From the NCBI GenBank assembly GCA_003427395.1, contig BFEA01000035.1:1062521-1126520 (forward strand): a DNA stretch of 64,000 nucleotides, written 5' to 3'. Positions 51,907 through 64,000 of this stretch are shown piece by piece. The translations under genes and the position numbers were made by a program. The DNA comes from Chara braunii (Eukaryota; Plantae; Charophyceae). A model generated the notes under the pieces. That model was given only the letters and a program-made list of their open reading frames with translations. It did not search any database and was not told the origin of the DNA. Each line of letters starts with the position of its first letter. The stretch's first letter is position 1.

Positions 51907-54900
51907 TCAAATTAAATTTGGTATTTCAGATACATTAGATGATTTTGTTTTTGTCCATGCCAAAGCCATATCAATATCTAAAATTTTTTGTTCTGTATAA
52001 GTTTGTGTTGGAAATTGAGATAAATTATGTAATGTATTATATGTTTTTAAGGTTTGATTGATAGATGGTGTCATTAATTTCGAAATTTGATTTGAAATAT
52101 TTTGCGTTTTTATTGATTGAAAATCACTCATTGGAATGTAATCGTTCATATCTTTATTGTCTTCATTTGATGTATTATATGATATATTATCATTTAATGT
52201 ATTAAAAAAAAGAAAATCATTTTCTGTTGACTGTTCTGAAGAAGAATCCGAATCGTCGTCGTTATTTTCGTATTCTGCATATTGAGTTGGTCGATTTTTT
52301 TGAATTTCGTTTGCACGGTTGTGCGCAATATGATAATCTTGCATCTGTAAATATATGTTATGAACAAATATCGACATTTTTTCATAAAAAGAGATGAATT
52401 CGTCATGCCAATTTTGATCATTTTGTATTAAATCAGATAATTTGCGAAATGGTTTGAATAACAAAAGGAAAATTTGAGCATGTCGTATTTTATTTTCTTC
52501 ATTTGTGCAAGTTTCTAAATAAGGAGTACGCATAGAATAAGGAATAACTAGTATACATGGATATTTGTATTTATTTAAACATTTTTGTTTATATAACGGA
52601 TGATTGGGCAATAAATCTTCTTTTGTTTCCGATAAAGAAGATTTATTGTGTCGATAAAATTGCTTGACAAATTCATACAAACATACATTTGTAAGCGAAT
52701 TTGGATGATAAATGTAATCTTCTGAGGTATGAGAAAGAATGTATGTTTTATTTATTTTTTCTAAAGAACATATAGTTTCTTTGTCATTAAGTATTTGTTT
52801 TAACATATTATGTAAAGGAATCGTTTTATATGTATGACCTTGATAAGCACAAGATTATCTCAATAAATATAATGCACAAAGTGGACTTGCAATTTCTTGT
52901 TTGTTAGTCATACTAAAGAGTTGAGATGATAATCGGTGACGAGTTTTTGTTTTAGTTGAAAGAGGGGTTTCTTCTTCAACTAGTTGTTCTTTGCGTTGTC
53001 TTGCATCGAAAGCAGCTAAGCGGAGAGCGATTTCACAATAAACTTTATGCTCATTTTTTGTTGTATAGTTACAACAATAAAATATTTGTTCTGCTGCTTT
53101 AACACCACCAAATAGAGGATGAATATCATGATTACATTTGTAACTTGATAAAATGTTATTATTATAAGCATTGATGTATTCATCTCCAGGTGCACGAACT
53201 AATTTAATTCCTGTTTCATTTAACGTAGTTTTTTCACAATGTTCACGTGGAAAAAAATATCGACATATTTGTTCATTTTTATTCATGCGTTTTTTTTTTA
53301 AACATGAATTAGTATGTGTCAAATGGTGTGTTTGAACCAAATAAAGAAGTGCAGGCAATGACGAAGAAAAAAAAGGAAAATGTGGAGGAATTGCTAAAAG
53401 AGTTTGACTTATAGGATGCGTGTGAAATATATCATCGGTCATATAAATACAATTGACTCTTGGAAGATTGAAATCAGATAATTTGCTATAGCCAAGTGAT
53501 GGGTTGTATTTTATAATTTGTTGTCGATGTATGTGTTGCGAATTAAAAAGTGTATTACAATGTTTACATTTTAAACTTGCAGGTTTATATTCTGATTTGA
53601 CTTTATTTTTTGAAGACGGTGAACAACGTGCCAAGGAAGAAATTGAATATGGTATATAACAAGGTGGTAAAGAATGACATTTTGTACAAGAGAGTAATGA
53701 AATGTTTTTTGTTTCACGTGTTGCTACAATGCTATTAACATATTGTATTACTAATTCATTAAATTGATTATTACAAGTTTGTAATTTGTCAAATTCCACA
53801 GTTGTCAATGATGTATTTTCAAGCCAAATGAGTGCATGTAAATGTGAAGTTCCTCGTCCTTGTATTTCCACCATTCCAAAATATGCTTTGACATTGTCAA
53901 ATATACCTCCTTTGGATTTGCTCTTATGTGTAATAGGATCGAATCCGAGAACATCATGTAAGAAGATAAGTATTAATCGATCAAAGAGAGGAGATGTTAT
54001 CAGTCATTGATAATTCTTTGAGTTGTTCTGTATTTATTTCATGAGTATTTATTAAAATATTGCAAAAGTCTTGCATATTTAGAAGTACAACGTATGATGA
54101 GAAGGTATATGTTGTATCAGTATTTGATGTTAATGTAATAAATGAACTTGGTTAACCAAAACGATCGAAAGTTGCGAATGCTTCCTGACGTCGTGTTCGT
54201 CGCTCAGCATTGCTTCCCCAGACATGTGCAGAAGCACATTCGACATGTTAGAGCAATTGCCTTACAGCTGGATCATCGTTAGGTACAATATGACCACAAC
54301 AACGTCGTCGAGTATTTTCTAATCCAATTTTAAGCATATTAGTTGTAATTTGAGCAATAGGTTGATGTAGTTGTGGTTGTTTTTTGCAAGTAATATTTAA
54401 AAATTTATATCCGCGGTCGAGTGAAAATCGATCAAAATTTACTAACGTATAGTACGGATCTTGTGCAAATTGTCAACTACTTAATAGACAATAATGTTGT
54501 GTACATAGTTGTTGTGAGACAAGAATTCGTTTTTTTGATTCTGCTGAATGTCCTCGACCATATGGAAACAAGTGTGAAAACATTTTAGGTTCTAAATAGG
54601 GATCAAACAGATTTGCAAATTTTGATGATGTATGAATGGCGAAAATAAATTCTTTATTATTAGTTTTAGATAATTGTTCAATTAGTGAGTTTTCAATATC
54701 ATTGTCTATTGGTGCAATTTCATGTAAAAAAAGAACAGATTTTTTAATACATGTATTCTCGTTGCAATCCATCTTTTTCATTATCTAATTCATTAGCATG
54801 ATTAGTATCAGATGATAAATTTTCATTATAGTTGTGTTTTGTCGAATTTTATATTGGAGTAGAAATCATTTTTATTAATATAAAACACGAGTAAGTTTTC

Positions 54901-56473
54901 AACTATTGAATGTCGTATACAATTAAGTTTTTTTATTCGTGTAAGTTCTGTATCAGTGAAAGGACCGGCTAAAATTATTCGGTAATGCATGTCTTTTGTT
55001 ATCGATTCAGGCAATAAGGTTGCAGCTGGACCTGGAATTGCATCGAATACGAGCAAATGTGAACGTATTGAACGATGCATTCCTCCATGCATAATTCTTG
55101 TTGGTGCAAGTATATTTGTTAATCTTGTCATTGATAATTCAGGTCAATTGACTTGTTGTAAAGATAACGGTAATCTACTAATGAAAAAATGATGAGCAAT
55201 TGCAAGTTTTGGTAGATGTATTTGTCGATGTGAATTAAACAAAGCATTGTTACATTCTTTGCATATATTTAATATTATATTTTTATTGGATTCAATAATA
55301 ATACCTTTTTTAAATAATATGATATTTTTTAGTAAGGGACATGGATCACAAAAAACATAATATTTGATAAGATCGGGGTGTAAAAAAGGTTTAGGATTAT
55401 GTAAATATTTCTGCATACAATTTAGAATAGTTGAATCGTATGACGAATATTTATGATTATGAATTTGTAATACCAATTTATCACAAACGCAACATGTTGT
55501 TTCTACTAATTGTATACGATTTAGTTGTTTTGATATGTTTTCTGAGAAATCATCTTTTTGTGATTCTGAAATCGGTGAAATGAATGCCAGTGTAATTATA
55601 TTTTTTTCAATCTTGTTATTTGAACGGACAAGTGTTTTGAGGCGTATGTGTTTGATTGGTTGATTTAGATTTTCAGGTATTTTTGGTATGTTTATACAAA
55701 AATTTGATGATGATATATGTGATTGTCTTCGTGCAAAAGTTTTTAATCGTATATGTTTAATTGGTTTATTTAAAATTTTGTTTGTATTATATATATTTGA
55801 AATACATGATGTATTTGATTCATTTTGTAATAAAATATTTTTTGTCCGAGAATATTGATTTTTGATATTATCAATGATAATTTTTTCACCAAATGATTCA
55901 AACGATGTTATATTTTTCAAGATTGAATTATCAATTTGTGTTTTTTTTTAATTTTGCTTGTTTACGCCAAGCTACTTGATATGCTAGGTGTTTTGCTCGA
56001 GCTTCTTTGTTTTCATGAAGTCTTCGTAAAGGAGCTGCTATACGTTGTTTTTCTAATCTTGTTTCTCGTTTTTTTGATAATATTTCGTTTTCGCAAATTT
56101 GGATTGAAGACGAGTGAAATGAATTAGTTTTTGATGATATCGAATTGTTAATGTTTTATTTTTGCGATAGTATATTTTGAATTTCGATTTATATTTTTTT
56201 GTTATTAATATTATTTTCTTTATATAGTAATTGAGTCGATGTATTATTTTGTGATAATGAACTGTTAAGTTTTTTTTCTTTTCAATCTTGCTTGTTTCTC
56301 CAAGCTGCATTATGTGCTAAAAGTTTTTTGCGAGTTTCTTCGTTTTGATTAAGTCTACGTAAGCGAGCTGCTGCACGTTGTTTTGCTAATCGCAATTCTT
56401 GCTGTTCTGTAGTTTTTGTTTTTTTTTTTGGTTTTTTACTATATTTGTAGTTATTCGAACAAGACGACGACAT
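51907..56473 (-). pseudogene. Helitron Rep (N-terminal basic helix, Zn/DUF6570-like region, HUH endonuclease)
   Basis: CCVC...ICKEC...PKLAIAH; FSHLFPYGRG; motif 1 SFITLT; motif 2 VEIQGRGTSHLHALIW; CRYFFP; motif 3 YCCNYTTK; LLLFKPFR. Confidence 0.92.
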
Positions 56474-56818
56474 TGTTTTAAAAAAAAAGTGAAATATGAC
56501 AAAAACGTTGAGAAATTTATGAAAATAGTTTGATACGAACGATAATTATATTAGACTATATATATATATATTTTAATAGATGTATGATAAGGAAAAAAAC
56601 ATATATGGTTGTATGATGATGTGATTTTGCTTTCCAAATATTTATTTGTATTAGTTATTATTTATGAACAGTTGTTTTTTTGTCTTGGAATGAATTTCCT
56701 GCAAAAATCAAATGAAAAAACAATTTGAAATAAAGGACATTTAAAAATTATTAAAAAAATAAAATATATTATTTGCAATAAAATTCATTATTAAAAAAAG
56801 GCATTAAAAAAAAACAAT

Positions 56819-57470
56819 AAATTGAAAATCTTTTTGCTTTTTAAAGAAGATAGGAAAAAAACAAGCAATCAAAATAATGGAAAAAAAATAAAAAAGTTTG
56901 CAAAATAATGTATCTAAAAATTTCGGAAAAATGTATAAATTGTATAATTGAACGTCGAGGAGAAATTATGATATGCAAAAATTTTGTCGAAGTTTCGAAA
57001 TTCTTGATGTAGAATATGAAATTCTGTATGTTTTTATAAAATGAAAACAATTACAATGTAACAACCCAACTTTGACAAGAAAGAATTTTTTGCAAAAACG
57101 AAAAAAAAAAAAAAATTGAAATAAAGAAGATTTAAAGATTATTGAAAAAACGAAATACATAATTTGCTAAAAAATTGATTATTAACAAAAATGCAGTAAA
57201 CAAAAATAGCAAATTGAAAAGGTTTTTTCTTTGTAAAGAAGATAAGAAAAAAACAAGCAATCAAAAAAAAAAAAAAAAAAAATCAAAAAGTTATAAAACA
57301 ATGTATTTGAAAAAAAAGAAAAAATGTATAAATTGTAAAATTGAATGTCGATAACAAATGATTATATGCAAAAATGTTGTCGAAAAATCTGAAATTTTAG
57401 ACATAGAGAATAAAATTCAGTATATTCTTATAAAATGAAAACAGTTACAGTGTAACAACACAACTTTGAC
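56819..57470. repeat. ~390 bp direct duplication upstream of RepHel
   Basis: aaattgaaaa...aaagaagata.gaaaaaaacaagcaatc at 56819 and 57211, both ending ...aactttgaca. Confidence 0.8.
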
Positions 57471-57798
57471 ATGAATTTGTAACAATATGTCAAATCGAAA
57501 AAATTCATATCATAGAGATTCTCTCTTTTTATTATTTCTATCTTTCGTATCGACAATATCAGAAAGCGCTAAATTATTCGATAGTAAAAAAAACAAGTAG
57601 TTTTTATTAATGATATGGATTGTATATATTGAATACGACTATTAAGCAAGCTCGTTTTTAATTGTTCTAAAGAATTCTGAATTCTAAAATACAACGACTT
57701 AAGTATTTTTTATGATATAACTAATATTAAAACCTTTGTAAACTTACGATAAAAAGATGGAAAAAAAAGTTGTAAAAAAAAAAAATCAAATATATTAT

Positions 57799-58803
57799 TT
57801 AATCGTTTCCAGATGACTGAATTTTGAAAAATGGGAAGTCATTTGCATTATGATTAATTCTGAAGGCATGCCGAAATTCTGTAAAAGGTAATGATAGATG
57901 ATTTGAATGAGAAGGAAAATATGAGTGTGACATTGAAGAATGATTTATGTGGTTGATTATATAATAAAACCATGGACCGGGACCCCAAAGAAACCATTCA
58001 GCAAGAAAGGCTGGATTATTATTTTGATGATGTTCAAAAGCGAATAACAGATGTTGGCTAAGATCGATGCGCGATGTTAACATGAACGAATCGTAAGAAT
58101 GATTGATGAAAAATTCTCTTCAGACAACTCCTCTGTAGCGAGATATTTCTGTTGGTATAGGAATAATAAATGTACATAAGCAAAGTGTTAATGAATAAAA
58201 AGTAATTCTGAAATTTGTACGATTAATTCTTACATATTCTGTAACACGCTCTTCATATATTTCTCTTGCTCCAAAGGATAAAGAATGTACTACATTTCCA
58301 TTGAAAGTAATTAAAGATAGAAGAGTATAAGAAAAATATGAATGCGACATTATTCACAGAGAAGTATAATCGTCAATAACAAAGAATGCTCTTTGATCCG
58401 AACGAAATGTTAGTAATTCTGAATGTTGCAAAAAATCGAAAAGTTCATTAGTATTAGGAATGGAATCATATCGAGAATGATATGTATATTGTGCTCTTGT
58501 GACTTGAACTGGATTATAATGGACAACTAAAAACGATAGTGGAATTAAAATTGCACGAAAAGGATCAATAACAAAAAAATAATCTAAAGATGGTGCAATA
58601 ATCGGATTACTTATAATATTATAAACTATTCGTGAAAATGCAACAAAAAATCCGGGCAAATTATTTTGCAATGTTATCAACGAATGCGGCGGAGTATTTG
58701 CATTTCGAGGATAATAGTTTCGTAGCACCGGATCAAAGAATCGTGCTTCTGGTGAACGACGAAATCGAATGTGTCTTTGTCCCGTGCTCGGAGGAATATC
58801 CAT
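57799..58803 (-). pseudogene. Unknown Helitron accessory gene, copy 2 (~334 aa, two in-frame TGA)
   Basis: ORFs 58354-58839, 58120-58350 and 57799-58083 are all one frame; paralog of 47858-48967. Confidence 0.75.
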
Positions 58804-59944
58804 TGTTGAATACAAAGTTTTCTTGAATTTGAATTTCAATTCAAGAAGTTGTAATTCGAATGGTCTTCAAACTTCTGAGTGCAAAATAATCTTGCCCTGT
58901 TTTTTCATCAACACAACAAAAATATAGAACAAAAAGATTATAAGTATAAATTATGAAAATACAATTTTAGAAGAATATATAGAATATAAATTTAAATATA
59001 TATTTTCATTATTTATAGGTTTTGTTATATTTTATGAATCTAAGTCATACGATGATTAAATGTAATAAAAAACGGGAGACGTATACTAATACGAAGGATA
59101 TGTAGACGTTTTTGGTTGAGTATTTGTTGATACTACGGCCGCGGCTTTAGCAGTTGACAATTTTAAACCAGCTTTGTAATATACAAAGTACGATATCTGT
59201 TTTCGATGTTCTATTTACTTATGTTGAAGCGAGGGAGTGAACGTCAATCTATGACCTCAAACATTTAAATACTGAAACACTGAAACACTGAAACATCCAA
59301 ACATTCAAATACTCAAACACTCAAGACTCGAACACATACATACGCACACATACACGAAGCAACAGCATCAGCAGCAAGAGCAGGAGGAGGAGGAGTTCAT
59401 TAGTCACCGTTTGTCTGTATGTTCGTGCCTATCTGTCTCCCTCTCTTTTCTCTCACCAGGGGACGCGGCACGATCCAGTCATTCCTTGGCTGGTCCAGCA
59501 AGCACTATGAGGGACTGCATGTACCATGGACCGATAAAAAAGGCAGACCAAAAGAGCTACAGAGGTATAAGTTTGGAGGCAGTGCCCGACCATTTATTCA
59601 CTCCTGCTTGAACCATGCGGAAATCCTGTCACAGCGACTTGTGCAGGGAGGTCTCTAGTAAGCCCAGAGGATGTAGTGGACGTTTTAGTGTTACTGCGTG
59701 TGTGACTGTGTCATCGTGTGGACAACTGTCATAGTGTATCATTTGCGTGACTTTGTCACCGTGCGTGTGACCGTCACAATGTCCTGTTTATCTGTTGTTT
59801 CTTGTCTATCTGTTTGTTTATTTGTCCGTGTTTGTATGTTTTTTGTGTTGTCGATCTGTCTATTTGACTGTGTGTTTGGCTGGTTGTCGTTGTCCTTTAG
59901 TTCTTGTCTTGTTTGCGTGTCGGGCGTTGCACGTCATAGCTATC

Positions 59945-61203
59945 TGATGTTAACTTGTATTCGAACTGTGTTCTGAATTTCCATACCTTCGAGTTTTGGG
60001 TTCTAGCCGCTGGCCGCTAGCATGGCATGCCATCTGTTTGTATGCACAAGAAAATAAGAAAGACATAAGTTTGAATCCCAATAATAATAATAATAATAAT
60101 ACTAACAATAGTCTAAATCAGGAAATGATAAAATGCAAAGAAAATAAGTGATGGCGGATTTGAAGAATCAAACAGCGTCAATACACATACGACCAGATAG
60201 TCGTGGCCTCACCCAAACGCAGATTTGCATATCGGTTCTCTTCCTATAAGAACACAGGAAAACTCATAATTGACCGTACTAGCATAACCCTATCATTATC
60301 AACGCAGAACTGATGTCGGGATCCTAGTTTGGCGTTTGTTGCTCTATGTCTCCTGTCTGATCTTGTTTTCTTTGTCCTTCTACATGTCTTGTCTGATCTG
60401 CCTCAGTTTGTGCCTCCTTGTCTCTATTTTGATTGTCTCAGTTTGACTGTCTGCTCGTTTCGACCGTGTCAGACGTTTGTTTTGTTTGTGCCGGATGGTT
60501 TCAGTTAATCTGTCCGTCCGTCCTTTTGTGTCTATCCTTGTCAACAGGTCTGTTCTCATTTGTCTGGTTTGTGTTTGTCTAGCTTGTCGATGCCTGTCCA
60601 TTAGTCTGATACCGTTCTGTCGACGTCCGCCTGTTTGTCTGATAGTTTCTGTTTGTTCGTCTGTCTCTTCCTTCAGCATCTGTCCCCCACCTTATTGAGT
60701 AAGCATTACACAATCCCAATCCCGCTCAGTCCAGTCAGCAAGTACCACGCGGGATTGTGTGTACTGGGGTTTGGGAAACAAAGGCAAACCAACACACTAC
60801 AGGAGTATGTATCAAGAAGCAATGCCCATCCAAACATTCATTTCCTGCGGAAGCCATACAGAAGTGTTGTCTGAGCGACATGTGCTAGGATGTCTGCAGA
60901 TGGCCCGAAGGCAAAGCGGGCAATGAAGAGAGTTTAGTCATAGGATAGAAGTAGAGGCGGCCACCGCCACCATAACTGTAGGCAACGTGCAGAGTGTGAG
61001 CGTGTGTACGGTGAGTTGGACGCAGTGTCGAGTTGAGAGTTGTGGGCGCCATGTGCCACAACCAGCTGATGTAAACTTGTATTCGAACTGCGTTCTAAGC
61101 TTCCTTATATTTGCGCTTTGAGTTGGGCGTTGGCCGCACGCGTGGTGTACCAGCTGCTTACGTGCACGTGAAGTAAGAAAGAAAGCAAGTCCGAAAACAA
61201 ACA

Positions 61204-61268
<65 letters not shown>

Positions 61269-62336
61269 GGAAATGGGCGATAGCGAACATAAGAAACCAA
61301 GCAGCATCATATACATGAGATTAGATAGGCGTGATTGCGATCCAAAAGCAGCATTGCATCATGAGTCTATCAAAAAGAACAAATAACTCTTACTTGACAG
61401 CGTTCAGATAGTCTCTTCATCATCAACTCAGAGCCAATGTCAGAATCCTTTTTCTGACTCTCTGTACTTAGACTAGAGATGGTGGATCTCGTCTGTGCCG
61501 GACAGATGATCAGTAGCGAACCTCAAGTCAAACAACATTATACCCATATGATCAGCCCCATACTATACGTGGCTGCTCCTATCTATCCTTCACTATGAAG
61601 TCGATAGATGACACCAACAGTACTCTCGAAGTACGAGCATATGGCTACCACTGTCGCACACTTTCAGCACCGGGGTATGTTTTTTCGTATCCCTCTTAGC
61701 CTTGATCCCAATACACAGATTCCACGAGTACCCAAGATCATCACGCCTTTAATAATAAAATAATAATAATAATAATAAAAATAATGCAAGAAAACAAAGC
61801 AATAGTGTGATGATAACTCCAGATTACACCATCACATCGAAAACCCAGACAGCAGAACCGCACCAGTAATACACTGATGAAGACTTGTAGTACTGGAAAC
61901 CAATGTCAAGGAGGGCATATTCTCTCCTCTCAACACGAGAGTGCAGTTCCTTCACATTCACACTTGGTGCTCAGCGCCCGGCCTACTCCTACATAGATAT
62001 TACAGACTACAAAAAGACAACGCAACTGTTGGTAACAATGACAGTCTGAAGTACTTGACGATGCTCCCCATGGAGAGTACCGCTAATACAAGGTAAGTGC
62101 CCACACATCATCATCATCATCATCATTATTCAGACGCCGGCGTCCCGTTTGCCGTTCGGCGACAACCTTTAGATGACAAGTTCTATCTAATCTATTTGCG
62201 ATCCCACTGATGTTGTCATCAGCTTCCTAAGTACGAGCAGATCTCGGCCCATGTCGTTCGCCTGCATTACTAGGTTTGTCTTTCGCACCTCTCGCAAGCT
62301 CGATCCCGCACTCATAGATGCCAAGTAGACCTACGC

Positions 62337-62394
<58 letters not shown>

Positions 62395-62845
62395 TCGTAA
62401 AATAGAGAACTTCAGTAATCAAACAGCATCCTTCATATGAGTCCCGACAGTCTTTACTTCGAATCAACAGCAACATGGCATCACGAGAATCATATCAAGA
62501 GCTCATAATTGATAACGTTGGAGTAGTCTCATCATCATAATCATCGATGAATAACCAAAGTTGATATCCTATCTGGCGCTCGACGCCCAGTTTACATGTG
62601 GCAGATCCTATTTGTCTTATACTATGAGCTGAAAGATGATGCCAACAGCATTTTCGAAGTACGAGCATGTGGCGTTCAACGTCGTATGCTTTCTGACACC
62701 AGGTATGATTCTCGTACTACTCACACCCTCGCTTCCCCATCATACAGATGCCATGTGTCCCCTAGGATCACCATGCGCCCGACAATAATAATGATAATAA
62801 TAATAATAGTAATAATAATCATAACAATACTAATAATAACGATTT
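59945..62845 (+). repeat. Array of diverged 0.2-0.5 kb modules separated by (AAT)n/(CAT)n tracts
   Basis: Homologous blocks at 59945/61067, 60165/61292/62415 and 61580/62030/62190/62608; outlier module at 19210-19540. Confidence 0.65.
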
Positions 62846-63705
62846 AGAAGAAAAAGGCATACAAGCCATCTTTTCCAGACTCGATGCCCTATTGCCAGGG
62901 GCGCTCTGTATTCAGAGCCGATAGCCAGTGTCTCATACATACATGCTTACACAAAACGCACTATCGATAGGATGCGCAAAAAAAAAACGGAATGAATCTT
63001 CCACTGAAACGTGGGAACATACACTACCACTTTTGATCTGTTCGTTTTATTGGTCCAAGTAACGTACGGCGAGGCGTAGGTCGTAGAATTTGCTGATTTC
63101 TCTCTTCCACGCACACACATACTAACGCCTGTCTGTCTTCCTCTCTCTCTTCCTCCTCTTAATCCCCATTTTCTTCTTCGTCTCCTTTCTCCTCTTCTCC
63201 TTCTCTCTCTCTTCCTCCCTCTTCTCCTTGCGCACTCTCCTTCCACGTGATCACCCTCCTTCCTCTGAGAATCTCCACCTTTTGCACGCCGTAATGATCC
63301 AACTGAGAACTGACCTCCCTCACATAGTTTAGGATAGCGCAGAGGAATGCCAAATGATCATCCCAATCAAGATCGCAATGCTAACCAAACATACACCATC
63401 ATCATAACATGGAGTGAAGGGGTCTGGCGTCTGCGCAGGAAGAATGCGCCAGTCCCTTATTCATATCAGACCAAGAGGAGGGAGATCAGACGAGGAACAG
63501 GGGGAAAATGGGAATGTCGTCAACACTAAGTCTTCGTTACCAATCCCAAATACTCCTTCGTTGCCATGTCTGAAGTCCAAGAGTCAAGTCTAGATCCGAT
63601 GTCACCAAACTCTGTTTCTTTTCTCTCGTAGTCTGCTGATGTAGTGAATTCAAATGTCGAGAAGGGGAGAAGGAGATGACGGGCTGAGAAGAGGAAGAAA
63701 AATAA

Positions 63706-63711
<6 letters not shown>

Positions 63712-63775
<64 letters not shown>
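63712..63775. repeat. (CT)n microsatellite
   Basis: Directly visible. Confidence 0.95.
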
Positions 63776-64000
63776 TCTTTCTTCTTCGAATCTGAGAGTG
63801 TGAGAGGTTATCAGTAGGAATTCAGGCAGAGGTGTTGGGCGCATCGCCCAGGATCTGATTCGACATTTCTGGGACATACATTGATTGGACACGCGGCACG
63901 GGATTATCTGACTTCACTATTGCTATCTTGGTCTACTCCCTCGCCTTCCCCCTCTTTGTTTCGTCCCTCCTCCATCTCTCATCCGCGGTATCTCCTCATG

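Larger units (their letters stand above)
45100..59360 (-). mobile_element. Helitron-superfamily rolling-circle element (Helentron/Helitron2-like), decayed, ~14 kb
   Basis: Sharp switch to very AT-rich DNA; Rep HUH/Y2 and Pif1 helicase motifs; GC hairpin ccgcgc-ga-gcgcgg at 45106-45119 at the 3' junction; short repeats at 59260-59355 near the presumed 5' end (boundary approximate). Confidence 0.88.

Overview
Eukaryotic, repeat-saturated nuclear DNA with three assembly gaps. It is probably from a streptophyte alga such as Chara; this is an inference from the Gag/DUF4100-type Ty3/Gypsy proteins, the (AAT)n richness, and an inserted mitochondrial fragment carrying sdh4, a native-type trnH and a group I intron. 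No intact host gene can be supported. Main contents: (1) A decayed minus-strand giant Ty3/Gypsy element (~27.3-45.1 kb) with a ~4.4 kb 5' LTR, a tRNA-Asp PBS and gag-PR-RT-RH-IN. It also carries two tandem paralogous unknown ORFs before gag and a second Gag-like gene (capsid-like repeats, coiled coil, CCHC knuckle) after integrase. (2) A second, unpaired copy of that LTR at 9.9-15.2 kb containing an 875 bp mosaic NUMT. (3) A ~14 kb AT-rich, multi-gene Helitron of Helentron/Helitron2 type (45.1-59.4 kb, minus). Its Rep-Pif1 helicase appears fused to a Ulp1/C48 protease, and it is bracketed by two diverged paralogs of an unknown ~335-370 aa gene plus two more orphan ORFs. (4) Non-autonomous DNA transposons: hAT-like with 8 bp TSDs, a TTAA-targeting element inside RT, and Harbinger-like MITEs. 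(5) A second Ulp1 pseudogene. (6) An (AAT)n-punctuated array of diverged modules, each ending in a splice-donor-like motif (60-62.8 kb, with an outlier at 19.2 kb). Identities and alignments were judged by eye, not computed.
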